DNA from: an uncultured virus (IMG/VR IMGVR_UViG_3300029267_002644)
Lineage: Duplodnaviria; Heunggongvirae; Uroviricota; Caudoviricetes
DNA: 64,000 bases
Strand: one strand, 5' to 3'
Virus record (IMG/VR): IMGVR_UViG_3300029267_002644
Shown: piece after piece, positions 34,320 through 44,944 of the stretch
How the letters are laid out: the number at the start of each line of letters is the position of its first letter
How positions within the stretch are numbered: position 1 is the first letter of the stretch
The notes under the pieces: model-generated
The model's database searches: none
Seen by the model: the letters and a program-made list of their open reading frames with translations, nothing else
What the model was told of the DNA's origin: nothing
Program-made: the position numbers and the translations under genes

Positions 34320-35000
34320 GTGGAAAAGGTTAAGTTGATCGAGTGTATTAATACATGGCAGGGAGAAGGACCCGACACAGGTCAGCGGATGCTTCTTTGT
34401 AGATTTAAGCATTGTAATCTACGGTGTCCTTGGTGTGACACATTAGTCAAAATGAGGGCACAGCAAGAAGCAGAATATTCCCTGGAACAATTACAAGAAA
34501 TTATCGACGAGCAAAAAGTTGGTTTAATGATTACAGGAGGAGAACCAACCTTTAGCACAAAAACACACAAACAATTTGCTAGTACCGTTACAATGTTGAA
34601 CAAATTGCAATACCCACTTGCAAACGTAGAGACGAATGGGTTTGCGTTAGCAGAGTTGATAAATGCGGTTGATTCTGAGAAAAATATTCATTTTATTTTC
34701 TCACCGAAACTTTTTGAAGAGTCAGATTTGAATGAAGCAATACATAAGGTTCAAGTCTTGATGGACACAGCGGATTATTCCAGGGTATATTTGAAACCAG
34801 TTTGTGAACCAACAACAAATATGGTTGAATTTTTGAAGTTCTTGCAACATGTGAGGTATCCAAACAATAGAGTATATCTTATGATTCAAGGACAGAGTAG
34901 AGAGGAGTTGCTTTCAAATGCACCAACTGTATTTGATATGGCAGAAGAATACAAATTTAATATTTCAAGCCGAACACATTTGATTTATGATTTTGTCTAG
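34320..35000 (+). CDS. queE: 7-carboxy-7-deazaguanine synthase-like radical SAM protein
   Basis: TWQGEG...G....RF..CNLRCPWCDT...ITGGEP...VETNG...SPK. Confidence 0.8.
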   Translation: MEKVKLIECINTWQGEGPDTGQRMLLCRFKHCNLRCPWCDTLVKMRAQQEAEYSLEQLQEIIDEQKVGLMITGGEPTFSTKTHKQFASTVTMLNKLQYPLANVETNGFALAELINAVDSEKNIHFIFSPKLFEESDLNEAIHKVQVLMDTADYSRVYLKPVCEPTTNMVEFLKFLQHVRYPNNRVYLMIQGQSREELLSNAPTVFDMAEEYKFNISSRTHLIYDFV

Positions 35001-35232
35001 GAGAAAATAATGGTTACTGACACCCTATTTAGAATTGCGGGGGAACTTGACGAAATTGCTGATAGTGAATATGTAGAAGCTGGCGTTCATATGAGGCTGC
35101 ATGATAAAGCAAAGATCCTAAGGCAACTCGCAAAACTGATCGTTTTATCAGAGGAAGAAAGGGCGTCAAAATCGTTATGGAAAACAATTTGCAGAATATT
35201 AAAAACAAGGTTATGGTAGAAAGGAGTTCGAA

Positions 35233-35526
35233 ATGGCGAAGCATTTAACAGCCGTAAACAATCATGTAGTTATGAAACTTGTTCCTGATGAACAGATGAC
35301 AAAAGGGGGTATTGTCCTTCCCGAAGGTTCTGTAAATGCACCTCAAGCTGCTGGTTTTATCATATCAGTTGGCCCTGACGTAAAAGACCCAAATATAAAA
35401 GAAGGGGCAACTGTTTACTGTCATCGTAACGCCGGTATGGATATGATGGTAGATCAAGAAACAATGAAAGTGGTTAAGGACGAAGAAGTTTATTGTACTG
35501 TAAGTCAAGATGTGGAGGGAGAATAA
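35233..35526 (+). CDS. groES: co-chaperonin GroES-like protein
   Basis: TKGGIVLP...G.IISVGP.V....KEG..V. Confidence 0.8.
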   Translation: MAKHLTAVNNHVVMKLVPDEQMTKGGIVLPEGSVNAPQAAGFIISVGPDVKDPNIKEGATVYCHRNAGMDMMVDQETMKVVKDEEVYCTVSQDVEGE

Positions 35527-35792
35527 TGAATCCTAAAAGTATGCCACCAGGAAGCGGAGCCGCAGGAGGGTCAACACCCCAAATGCAACCCCAAATCACA
35601 GCAGAAGATTTGGAAATGGCTACAACATCGAAATGCGAAAAGTGTCAGGCAGTTGTTTTTAATCAGGGGTTTATAATGAAAAAGACTTCACCCTTAAGTA
35701 AAGTTGGTGAAACCTTACTACAACTTCCTGTTGTTTATTGTGTAATGTGTGGGACAATCCTTCCGGACTCCTGCCCGTTTCCAATAGATTAA
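35526..35792 (+). CDS. zinc-ribbon protein
   Basis: CEKC...F......KK.SPL...PV.YCVMCG. Confidence 0.55.
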   Translation: MNPKSMPPGSGAAGGSTPQMQPQITAEDLEMATTSKCEKCQAVVFNQGFIMKKTSPLSKVGETLLQLPVVYCVMCGTILPDSCPFPID

Positions 35793-35804
35793 GGAGTGTG
35801 AATT

Positions 35805-36626
35805 ATGATGGACGTTGTGAATCTCGAAGCGACGAGTTTATCGGACGCATGGTATCAAAGTGTATATGCGATTTTAGACCATGGAAGGGTTTTTAAAATT
35901 GATAGGGGATCATATTCTGGACAAAAACGTCTTGAATTTGATTACTATTTAATCAGGATTAAACATCCAAATGTAACACCTCTTCTGCCAAAAATTGATG
36001 CGCAATATGGTATACCAGATCCTGTTGAAGAAACTTATCTGGATGATTATCTTCCATATCTTATGACAGCAGAATTAAAACCAGGTGAGAGTTATACATA
36101 CGGACAACGACTTTCTGGTTATCCTATTGCTTGGAATGATGTAGCAGAATATTTCAAAGAGAGGAATAAGGATATTCTCATTCAAGATGAAGAAGTTTGG
36201 AAAAACAGAAAAATCATTACAACGAATGAGAAACAAGATCAATTCTTTATTAATCAAATTGAACTGATGATTTGGACGTACAAAAACAAAGGTTATCGCA
36301 ACAATCAAATGACTCTTCAGGTTGCACATCCTTCAGATATGCGACTCCAAGATCCGCCTTGTTTGCGATTAATCGACACACGAATCCAGGATGGAAAACT
36401 CCACTTTTTTCCATATTTTAGAAGCTGGGATTTATGGGGTGGTTTCCCTGCTAACCTCGGAGGGATACAACTCCTTAAAGAATATTGTGCTTCTGAAATT
36501 GGAGTGGAGGATGGAGAGATCATTGCTTCTTCAAAAGGTTTACATGTTTATGATTACACTTTTGACATGGCGAAACTCTTGAGGATGCGAGAGGATATGG
36601 AGCTTAGAGATGGAGACCAAGGTTGA
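35805..36626 (+). CDS. thymidylate synthase-family protein (archaeal-type ThyA-like)
   Basis: YTYGQRL...DPPCL...FRSWDLWGGFPANL...SKGLHVY. Confidence 0.85.
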   Translation: MMDVVNLEATSLSDAWYQSVYAILDHGRVFKIDRGSYSGQKRLEFDYYLIRIKHPNVTPLLPKIDAQYGIPDPVEETYLDDYLPYLMTAELKPGESYTYGQRLSGYPIAWNDVAEYFKERNKDILIQDEEVWKNRKIITTNEKQDQFFINQIELMIWTYKNKGYRNNQMTLQVAHPSDMRLQDPPCLRLIDTRIQDGKLHFFPYFRSWDLWGGFPANLGGIQLLKEYCASEIGVEDGEIIASSKGLHVYDYTFDMAKLLRMREDMELRDGDQG

Positions 36627-37326
36627 AATCGATAAAAAGTTTTTTGATGTATCTTTTCCACTATTAGACAAGTTTCGTGAGCTTGCACCTGGCAGTTTTA
36701 AACACGGACAAAATGTTGCTAATATTTGTGAAGCTGTTGCTAATGAACTTGATCTTAATGTCGACGTATTAAAATGTGCGGCTCTTTTTCACGACGTGGG
36801 AAAGATGAATAATCCACTTTACTTCTCAGAGAACCAACCTAAGAATGAGAACATTCATGATACATTAGAACCGTTTGTATCATATCATATGATTACCAGA
36901 CATGTTGGGGATAGTGTTTTGCATCTACTCCAAACACCTGGAATTCCTCTTGAAGTTATTGAGGTGGTAAGTCAACATCATGGGACGACCCTTTTACAGG
37001 CGTTCCATGCAAAAGCGAAAAGCGAACCAGAAGATAAATACCGCTATAAATGTTCAAAACCTACTTCTGGAGAGGCTGCAATATTAATGATTGTGGATGG
37101 AGTTGAAGCCACAGCGAGATCATTATATAATGCAGAAAATTGTCCAGAAGATTTTATTAAGAAAGCTATTAGCGGTACTGTTGAAAGACTGGTCGACGAT
37201 GGTCAACTGGATAATATGAAGATTGGAACATTAAAGAAAACAAAAGTTGTTCTTACCAAAGAATTAGAAAGTATCTATCACAAACGGGTCTCGTACGAGC
37301 CAGAGGAGAACGGTACTGAGGCCTGA
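36610..37326 (+). CDS. soluble HDIG-type HD phosphohydrolase (resembles the PgpH / 7TM-HD catalytic domain)
   Basis: APGSFKH..NVAN...ALFHDVGK..NP.YF.ENQ...HV...QHHGTT...EAAILMIVD.VEA..RS. Confidence 0.8.
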   Translation: METKVEIDKKFFDVSFPLLDKFRELAPGSFKHGQNVANICEAVANELDLNVDVLKCAALFHDVGKMNNPLYFSENQPKNENIHDTLEPFVSYHMITRHVGDSVLHLLQTPGIPLEVIEVVSQHHGTTLLQAFHAKAKSEPEDKYRYKCSKPTSGEAAILMIVDGVEATARSLYNAENCPEDFIKKAISGTVERLVDDGQLDNMKIGTLKKTKVVLTKELESIYHKRVSYEPEENGTEA

Positions 37327-37456
37327 CAATAAGAGGTCCGGCGTCTACATGGCGCCGGACTTAGTTATTAGAATCATTCATTAATCCTACCAGAAATTTT
37401 TTCCTTATCCTGTAACATAATAAAAAGGATAAGCGTTGCCCACGTCGGAGGACAAT

Positions 37457-38827
37457 ATGTCGAACTATACTTTAGCAGGTTGTGAAACATTTGCGAATTA
37501 TGTCCGGTTACAAGATTATCTTACACCGGAAGAGGTAGCCAATTTCCTTACACCAGATTGTCGATGGTATCTCCATTCATTTGGTCAAGATTTTAAAGGG
37601 AAATATGACAAACACGTAGCTCATGAGTTGAGGACAATTGAACGATGTTTAAAATTATATAAAGATTGTGAAATTGTTATTGACTCTGGTGGTTTTCAAA
37701 TTTCAATTAATAAAATCCCAAGACGGGATATCCCGAGATTTCAAGATCTTTTCTATGATGAATTTTTGCTCCAATACTACAAATTGATTACAAGAGCATT
37801 TGTAATGGATATGCCACCTGGTCCTGGTTGTGAAGTATTTAAGAACTTTCAAGATATGTATGAATGGAATCTCCAGTCATATTTGAGAGCAGCATCTCTA
37901 CCTCAAGAGATTCGAGATATAATGATTTATATCCACCATTTTAGAACTCCACAACTTTGGTTGTTATATACAAAGATTATGAGAGAATATGATCTGTTTG
38001 ATAAATTTCTTTTTCATGGAACTGGCGGTCTAGTAGCTAATCAGTCAACAGATACACAAACACCACAAATTCTCTTGATCTTTCCATTAGTTCAACTCCT
38101 CAATGAAGCAAAGAGATGTGGTCGTAATTATTTGGAGTATCATGTTCTTGGTAATGCAACATATCGAGATGTATTGTTCTATCATTTGATTGAGCAGCAT
38201 GTTAAAGAATGTCATGATATTGATCTGACAATTAGTTTTGATAGTTCTGGATTATATAAAGGAATTATGAGAGGTCGACATATCATCATTATGGACGATG
38301 ATCATAGAGCCGTTAAAGTTGATCTCCGAGAAGCAAAACTAGACAATAGATGTCAAAGAAGTATATCTTTCAGAGATAAGTTTGTCAATGCAATCAGAGA
38401 AATGTGTCAGGATACAGGTTTGCGTTTGCCGCCTGAAGATATGTTACATGAAATTTATTATTGGAAAGAAGAGAAAAAGAAAAAACCAACCAGAACTCTG
38501 CATCCAGTCATGCGACTCTATATTGGTATTCTATATTTGTATAATTATTCAAAAGCTAATAAACAATTCAAACCGATTGCAAATGACCTGTATCAATTAT
38601 ATAAGGACGACCACATTGAGCAATTCAATATGGAGTTGATGCAATTGACAAGAGCAATTAACTTTGGAAAGATTACCAGAAAACAGAAAAAGAAAACTGA
38701 AGGTATTGTCAGCACTTTGAATCTATTGAGAAGTCTTGATGAGGATCATTGTTTTCATTTGGTAAATAAATATCTTGGAAAAGATGAGTTTGATTTGGAT
38801 GCTACACGGAAGGTTCTTAAAATATGA
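37457..38827 (+). CDS. tRNA-guanine transglycosylase-like protein (DpdA-like DNA base-exchange enzyme candidate)
   Basis: IDSGGFQ, MD.PP, HVLG and SFDSS TGT-family motifs; near queE. Confidence 0.6.
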   Translation: MSNYTLAGCETFANYVRLQDYLTPEEVANFLTPDCRWYLHSFGQDFKGKYDKHVAHELRTIERCLKLYKDCEIVIDSGGFQISINKIPRRDIPRFQDLFYDEFLLQYYKLITRAFVMDMPPGPGCEVFKNFQDMYEWNLQSYLRAASLPQEIRDIMIYIHHFRTPQLWLLYTKIMREYDLFDKFLFHGTGGLVANQSTDTQTPQILLIFPLVQLLNEAKRCGRNYLEYHVLGNATYRDVLFYHLIEQHVKECHDIDLTISFDSSGLYKGIMRGRHIIIMDDDHRAVKVDLREAKLDNRCQRSISFRDKFVNAIREMCQDTGLRLPPEDMLHEIYYWKEEKKKKPTRTLHPVMRLYIGILYLYNYSKANKQFKPIANDLYQLYKDDHIEQFNMELMQLTRAINFGKITRKQKKKTEGIVSTLNLLRSLDEDHCFHLVNKYLGKDEFDLDATRKVLKI

Positions 38828-39135
38828 TCTTAGAAGAAGGTGAAATGGTCTGTCATAAATGTAAAGGAAAAGGTCACTGGTATGAAGAATCAGAATTTGG
38901 TGATTCTCTTATCATTTGTCAATGGTGTCAAGGAAAAGGAAAAGTTGACTGGATAGAGAATATTGTTGGCGCCAGGTCAGAATTTGATTTTGTTGATTCA
39001 GGTTCATTTCAAATATCATTATCGCCTGATGAACCTCCGAAATTAGCACCTGGTGAAATGTATGTTGATTCAAGTGGTGTCTTAATGCAATATGATGGAC
39101 AAAAATGGAACGTTGTTGAGGACAATGTAACATAA
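38824..39135 (+). CDS. DnaJ-type zinc-finger protein (third paralogue)
   Basis: LEEGEMVCHKCKGKG...CQWCQGKGKVDWIENIVG. Confidence 0.6.
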   Translation: MILEEGEMVCHKCKGKGHWYEESEFGDSLIICQWCQGKGKVDWIENIVGARSEFDFVDSGSFQISLSPDEPPKLAPGEMYVDSSGVLMQYDGQKWNVVEDNVT

Positions 39136-39154
39136 TATAAAAGGAGATAAACCG

Positions 39155-40660
39155 TTGATTACAGAGAACTTTCTCAATGCTTGTTTTAGTCTAATTCTTA
39201 ATCCAAATGTGCGCGTTAAGAAAAACAAAGCATTGTATAGAGATATCTTATCAATATTAGAATTTCAAGAAAAGAAAGATAAACTTGACGTTCCAATGAC
39301 AATCAAAAACAAATTTGATTGTTTAAGAAAAATAGCCGAGTTGAAGTTAGAGGATAGAGCAACTGAAAGTATTGTTGACAGCATTAGCAGTCAACCAAAA
39401 TTTTTATCTCTTGCTGACTTTCTTGAAACCAAGTTGGAAAAAGAAACAGTAACAGAAGAGGAAGCTGTTGATTATGTTAGACAAGTTAGATTAAGAAAGA
39501 AAGTCAATTCTCTATTTTCAAATTATGATCAACTCAGTAAGTTTATGGAGCAAATCAAGGATGGCTCCTTTGATGCTATGGATGATCTCGTATTGAATTA
39601 TGAAACAATTGTTAAAACTCTTTATACAAATATGATGGAAGAGAATAGAGGGGTAGCAATTGAAGCATCCGCATCTCTTGATTTGGTTGATGACGATTAT
39701 GAATCTGTCGTTGAGATGATTAAAAAGAAATATGAAAGGGAAAATACAACACATACAGGTTTTACAATTTTAGACAATGAAGTTTTTAGAGGCGGATTGG
39801 AAGCATCTCGTTTGTATATTTTTGGAGGTGCTTCCGGTTCTGGTAAATCTACAATTATTAATAATATGATGATCAATGGATCCACAAGTATGGTGCAATC
39901 CGTTGATGGTAATAGGGAGAATGTAGAACCAAAGAAAAACGGAGTTAAGAAGGTATTTGTCAGTATAACGTTGGAAAACACTATTGAAGAATCTTTATTG
40001 AGATGTTATCAAATGATGTTCAACAGAACAGCAGCTCAAGCCATTTCTGACATTAAAAATGGAGTGAACATCAAAGAAGCATTTATGTCTCGATTAAAAG
40101 ATACTGAAAGCACGATTGTAATGAAATATTTTCCTGCTTATTCAATTAGTGCTCTAGATATTATGGCTGTATTGGATGACGTTATTGCTGAATATGGAAG
40201 AGAAGCAGTTGAAGTTTTATTTGTTGATTATCTTGATCTTTTAAGAACCGATGTGAAATATGATCTCTACCGTCTTGAACTTGGTCATATTACAATGGCT
40301 CTTAAAACAGTTGCAGTAACATATAACATCCCCGTAGTAGTTCCTACCCAATTAGGCCGATCAGCCTATCGAATTCAGGATTCTAGCAACCTGTATTTGG
40401 ACCAGATCTCAGAAGCAATTAAGAAAGTTGAACATGCAGATTTCGTAGCATTAATGAGTAAAGATCCGACTAATGACAAATTAGTTCATATGAAAGTTGG
40501 AAAAAATCGTGGTGGAAAATCCGATGTTTCTATTGATTGGGAAGTCGATTTTGAGCGTTACACATTTAAAGAGGGTAAAAAACTTTCAAACGCAAAGAAG
40601 GCTGACGAGACCGGTGGTGATGAAAGAGTAAAACAATTTGATGGTCTTATAACCTTTTAG
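39155..40660 (+). CDS. DnaB/T4 gp41-like replicative helicase
   Basis: TGF..LD...GASGSGKS, ITLEN, VDYLDL, PTQL.R, KNRGG. Confidence 0.88.
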   Translation: MITENFLNACFSLILNPNVRVKKNKALYRDILSILEFQEKKDKLDVPMTIKNKFDCLRKIAELKLEDRATESIVDSISSQPKFLSLADFLETKLEKETVTEEEAVDYVRQVRLRKKVNSLFSNYDQLSKFMEQIKDGSFDAMDDLVLNYETIVKTLYTNMMEENRGVAIEASASLDLVDDDYESVVEMIKKKYERENTTHTGFTILDNEVFRGGLEASRLYIFGGASGSGKSTIINNMMINGSTSMVQSVDGNRENVEPKKNGVKKVFVSITLENTIEESLLRCYQMMFNRTAAQAISDIKNGVNIKEAFMSRLKDTESTIVMKYFPAYSISALDIMAVLDDVIAEYGREAVEVLFVDYLDLLRTDVKYDLYRLELGHITMALKTVAVTYNIPVVVPTQLGRSAYRIQDSSNLYLDQISEAIKKVEHADFVALMSKDPTNDKLVHMKVGKNRGGKSDVSIDWEVDFERYTFKEGKKLSNAKKADETGGDERVKQFDGLITF

Positions 40661-40763
40661 AAACAATCTGTCCAAAAGTATCCTCCCTAATTAGAACAAA
40701 ATACAAAAGAGAATATCTTTTAGTGGTCCACACGATTGGACATAATTAAGGAGGAAAAATAAA

Positions 40764-41660
40764 ATGACTACGAAAAAAGTTAGTTACATGAAGCTTCTCA
40801 AAGAAGCCATTTCTGAGTTTGACACAAGTAAAAGTGTTGACGTCAAAGGTCCGATGCTAGATCCGATTCTGTCTTATCAAGGCGGCGGAGAGCTCCCAAC
40901 TCATAAAGATGCCGCTTCAATTCTCGAGCGATATTATTTTCAGGAAGAAGAGGACAAGGGTGTATCCGTCAACGAGGATACTCTAGCTGCTGATAATAAC
41001 GAAGTAGATGCCATTCCGGGTAAAGAACCAAAAGCAACTCGTAAAGACGTCGAAGACGAACTCACCAAAGAGGGTGAGGAAGTTGCAGATGATGAGGAAG
41101 CCGTTTCTGAGCAGGAAGAAGAGGAAGTTGAAGCTCCCGCTGAAGAAGAGCCTGCTGAAGTTGAGCAAGAAGGCGACACAGCTGTTGTTGACCTGGAAAA
41201 TTCCGTCATCGAAAAACTTATCGGTGAGATGGAAGAAGAGGAAGGCGAAGAAGAGGAAGTTGAAACCGAATCTGAAGACGTAGCTGAAGCTGAGCTCGGC
41301 TCTGACATCAAAGGTGATCCTGACAAACATGCGACTGGTGCTGGTACAGAACAAGCTGGCACAGGCGATGCCAACAAAGAGGTTCCTGACAGAAAAGAAT
41401 CTAATACTAAGGGTGTAGCCGAAGATGAATCCGTCGTAGAGCAGGAAGACGAGGCTGAGGAAAAAGAAGAGGAAGACGAGGAAAAAGATCTCGACGTCGA
41501 AGTAAAGAAAGAAGGCGCCCTTCTAAAATCCAGGACTCGCAACGACTATGAAGATGCTTTGGACGCAGGTGTTGAAGAAGCTTTTCAAATCTTCAAAGAG
41601 CAAATTGTTGATGAAGAGGAAGAAGCTCCTGAGATGGACAGCGACGAAGTAACTGTTTAA
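40764..41660 (+). CDS. highly acidic protein, probable head scaffold/core protein
   Basis: E/D-rich low-complexity 298 aa with a strong RBS at the start of the head module. Confidence 0.55.
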   Translation: MTTKKVSYMKLLKEAISEFDTSKSVDVKGPMLDPILSYQGGGELPTHKDAASILERYYFQEEEDKGVSVNEDTLAADNNEVDAIPGKEPKATRKDVEDELTKEGEEVADDEEAVSEQEEEEVEAPAEEEPAEVEQEGDTAVVDLENSVIEKLIGEMEEEEGEEEEVETESEDVAEAELGSDIKGDPDKHATGAGTEQAGTGDANKEVPDRKESNTKGVAEDESVVEQEDEAEEKEEEDEEKDLDVEVKKEGALLKSRTRNDYEDALDAGVEEAFQIFKEQIVDEEEEAPEMDSDEVTV

Positions 41661-41741
41661 TATAGACGCGATATTCAGAATCAAGCGGATTCCATCCTGG
41701 GGTCCGCTTGATTTATTCGAATAGAGAAAGGAGATACTTCA

Positions 41742-43034
41742 ATGAAATATAAGGTTCATATTCGAACACCTAACAAGATGTTTTTTGTACACGGGCGCCT
41801 TGTACGTACTCCCGCTGAATGGGTTGCTATAGAGGCTGACTTAAAAAATATCGAATTAAAAATTAGACAAGATGGAATTTCGGATTACTCGATCGAACCA
41901 TTTGACCCTACCAAAGAGAAAAAGAAGCCTATAACACCTGTCGTAACAAAAGAAGCTTCCAAACCAAAAAAGACAACAAAAAAGTCCAAAAAGGAAAAAG
42001 CGACCACTACTCTTGGAAAGCTTCTTGAAGACGAGTAATATTGTGAATGGAGAAGTTTATGAAAGAGATTACGATTTATCAAGCGAATAACCCGCCGATT
42101 ATATTGACGGATAATGACGAATCACAAATTTCTGATTTTACACAAAAAATATCTGCCATATTAAAGGCCGGAAACGTTACTATTCTTGAAATGGAATCGG
42201 GTAATGTAATTATACGGCCTCATAAAATTGATTCGGTCCATATCAGAAACGTAACACCTTTAGATTATGTCACTGAACCAGTTGAGGAAACAGTTATTCC
42301 AGAGACTGTTGTAGGAAAGTCTCAACCACCGATTGAGGAAGAGGATTATATAACAGATGGAGATTAAACATGGCTACGACATTTATTATTTTTGTGGGTG
42401 CGACGTTCGTCCTTGCCGTGTTTGCTCTTATAGCTCTTCAAAAGGAACTACGTCTAAGACGAAGCCACACTAGAATAAATAATTTTCAAACATATGCATC
42501 TGTGTTACAATTTCATTTAGACAAAGCATATGAAATTATTTATAAAGATCGAATTTTGATTTACTCATTAGAGGCAACAAAATTCGATGAAGGTGAATTT
42601 AAACAGACAGCTAGAGACTTTGGTTCTTTAGTCCTACGTCTACTTGGTCCAACTCTTGTTGAAGAACTGACTTTATTATATGGTAATGAGGAAACTCTTC
42701 TTCTAAATATTACTGAGTATTTTAATACCAAATTTGATGACGATGAAATAAGAAAAACCGCTCAAGACTCTTTAATGGAGCAGGAAATACAGTAATGAAA
42801 CTCTACGAGGAATATTTACAAAATATTGAAGAAGCTAAACGTACCTCTCGTACGAGAATTACACGCAAAACAAAAATTAAACGAGCGACCGGTCAGCTAT
42901 CTACAATTGCTGCTCGTAAGAAAAATGATCCTCTGTATAAACAGATGATAAAATACAAAAAATTATATTTCAAGTATCGAGATATGATGCACAGAAAATA
43001 CTCACCAAGAGTCAGGTCGAGAGCAAGGAGATAA
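41742..43034 (+). CDS. four small hypothetical head-module ORFs (41742-42038, 42047-42367, 42370-42795, 42795-43034)
   Basis: Tightly packed co-oriented ORFs before the portal gene. Confidence 0.5.
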
Positions 43035-43035
43035 T

Positions 43036-44943
43036 ATGCCTACTCTTAAAGATACATTCTATAAACTGAAAACTAGTATCGTTGGAACCAAAACGGTAGA
43101 CATTGATACTAAGCTAAACAATGCGGTAGATGATATTACTGCATTCAAAGCTAATGCTGGAAGAAATGGATACGTGGAGTTGGTCCGCTCTCTCATTTCT
43201 CGTACAACAGGCGGCGACCTTAACCTCGACAACACTGGCGGTCTTTTTGGGCAAGGAGCAACTTCCCCTGCGACATTTGGTCAAGGTGGGAGGTTGATGC
43301 GATATAAAACATATGAGTCGATTATTCAAAATATAAATTATTGTTTTCGAGCACTTCATGTTCTCACTGATAATATCTTGTCTCCTGATGATATTACAAA
43401 AGCATCATTAGAGATAAAACAAAAATCATATCTTGGAGATGAGGTCCCTGCAGAATCCAAAGTTCTGGCTGTTAAGGAAGCTGTTAAGGCTTTAAATTTA
43501 GAAGACAATCTCGATCAGATTATTAAGTTTACATTATTGTATGGTGACTTCTTTTGCGAGATTGCAGATGCTAAGACAGCATTAACAAGTAAAGCTTACC
43601 TAGCTGAACATCTTGATGAAGCTGTTCAAATTGGTACGAAGGAAGTAATTTCATATAATAAAGACAAATTTAATATGAGAATCGTTATGGACTATTCAGC
43701 CTATAATGAATCTCAAGATTTTGACAGACAGGTTTCATCTACTCCTGAATTAAAACCAGACAAATCTGGTAAAATTCCGATTGAGAATATTAATCTTGTC
43801 TTCCACGACCCAAATCGAGTAGTAAAATTACAGAGTGATTTATTTCCTTTGTGTTTTGGATATTTAATTTTTCCAAAATCTGTGACGCATCCTCATCAGA
43901 TGATGCATGATCAAGTTGTAAATATCTTGTGTGCACAGATATTAAAGAGTATTGAGAAAAGAATTCCTCAGATAAAAGATGTTGCTGATGATGATGAATT
44001 AAAACGTATTATCAATGCAATGTTAAAAGAAACTGATGAAACAAGATCTCTCAATATTCGATATGTGCCACCGGATAGAATACAACACTTTTTACTACCA
44101 TCAATGAAGTATGCTCCGTATGGGGAGTCAATTTTTGATAGTACACAATTCACTTCAAAGGTTCTGGTTGCTTTAGAAACAGCTCTCGCTATTCAGCGTC
44201 TTTCTCGATCAACAGAAAAGAGAAAAATTGCAATCGAACTTGGTCTTCCTCGTGATGCTAGAAAATTGATTGAGAAGATGAAAGAGGAATTTAGAAAGAG
44301 AAAGGTTAGTCTTGATTCTTTTGGAACTGTCGATACAATTCCAAGTATGATTACAACCTTTGAAGATATTTACATTCCGCAAAAAGATGGAAAGGCTTTT
44401 GTCGACGTTGACACGTTTACAGGTGGTAATGTTGACATCAGAAGTAAGGTAGACGAACTTAAATACTTAAGGGATTCTACTGTGGCATCACTTGGCGTGC
44501 CACCAAGTTTTCTTAACATTGAAGAAAATTTATCAAACAAGGCCGCGCTTGGTGAAGAAAATATTCTATTTGCTAGAACAATAGTTGGACACCAAAAATC
44601 AATCACTGCTGGACTAAATGATCTTATTCAGAAAGTGTTTGATATCATAGATCCAGAAGGTGCGCTAGTTGTTCTGGATCAAGTATTAATTACTCTTCCA
44701 CCACCAAAATCTTTGCAGTTTGAAAGGGAAGCTAAATACATTGGAGATTTGACTAACTTGATCGAATCTCTCGAACGTATTGGTGTTCCTAAAGAATACT
44801 CAAAGAAAAAATACCTGACAAACATTGATTGGGAAGAAGTCGAAAATTATAGTATTGATGAAACTCTTGAAAAGAAATTAGGCACTGAGAAAAAGGACGA
44901 TGAAGGCGGTATGGGCGGTATGGGTGGAATTGGAGGCTTCTAA
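43036..44943 (+). CDS. portal protein (T4 gp20-like)
   Basis: YGESIFD...LE.A..I.RL.RS.EKR...I..G...EDIYIP...GG.......DEL.Y......SLGVP.S. Confidence 0.85.
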   Translation: MPTLKDTFYKLKTSIVGTKTVDIDTKLNNAVDDITAFKANAGRNGYVELVRSLISRTTGGDLNLDNTGGLFGQGATSPATFGQGGRLMRYKTYESIIQNINYCFRALHVLTDNILSPDDITKASLEIKQKSYLGDEVPAESKVLAVKEAVKALNLEDNLDQIIKFTLLYGDFFCEIADAKTALTSKAYLAEHLDEAVQIGTKEVISYNKDKFNMRIVMDYSAYNESQDFDRQVSSTPELKPDKSGKIPIENINLVFHDPNRVVKLQSDLFPLCFGYLIFPKSVTHPHQMMHDQVVNILCAQILKSIEKRIPQIKDVADDDELKRIINAMLKETDETRSLNIRYVPPDRIQHFLLPSMKYAPYGESIFDSTQFTSKVLVALETALAIQRLSRSTEKRKIAIELGLPRDARKLIEKMKEEFRKRKVSLDSFGTVDTIPSMITTFEDIYIPQKDGKAFVDVDTFTGGNVDIRSKVDELKYLRDSTVASLGVPPSFLNIEENLSNKAALGEENILFARTIVGHQKSITAGLNDLIQKVFDIIDPEGALVVLDQVLITLPPPKSLQFEREAKYIGDLTNLIESLERIGVPKEYSKKKYLTNIDWEEVENYSIDETLEKKLGTEKKDDEGGMGGMGGIGGF

Positions 44944-44944
44944 T

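Noticed and set aside
40940..41542. 200-aa Ser-rich - strand ORF
   Set aside because: It is the antisense shadow of the GAA-rich acidic protein.
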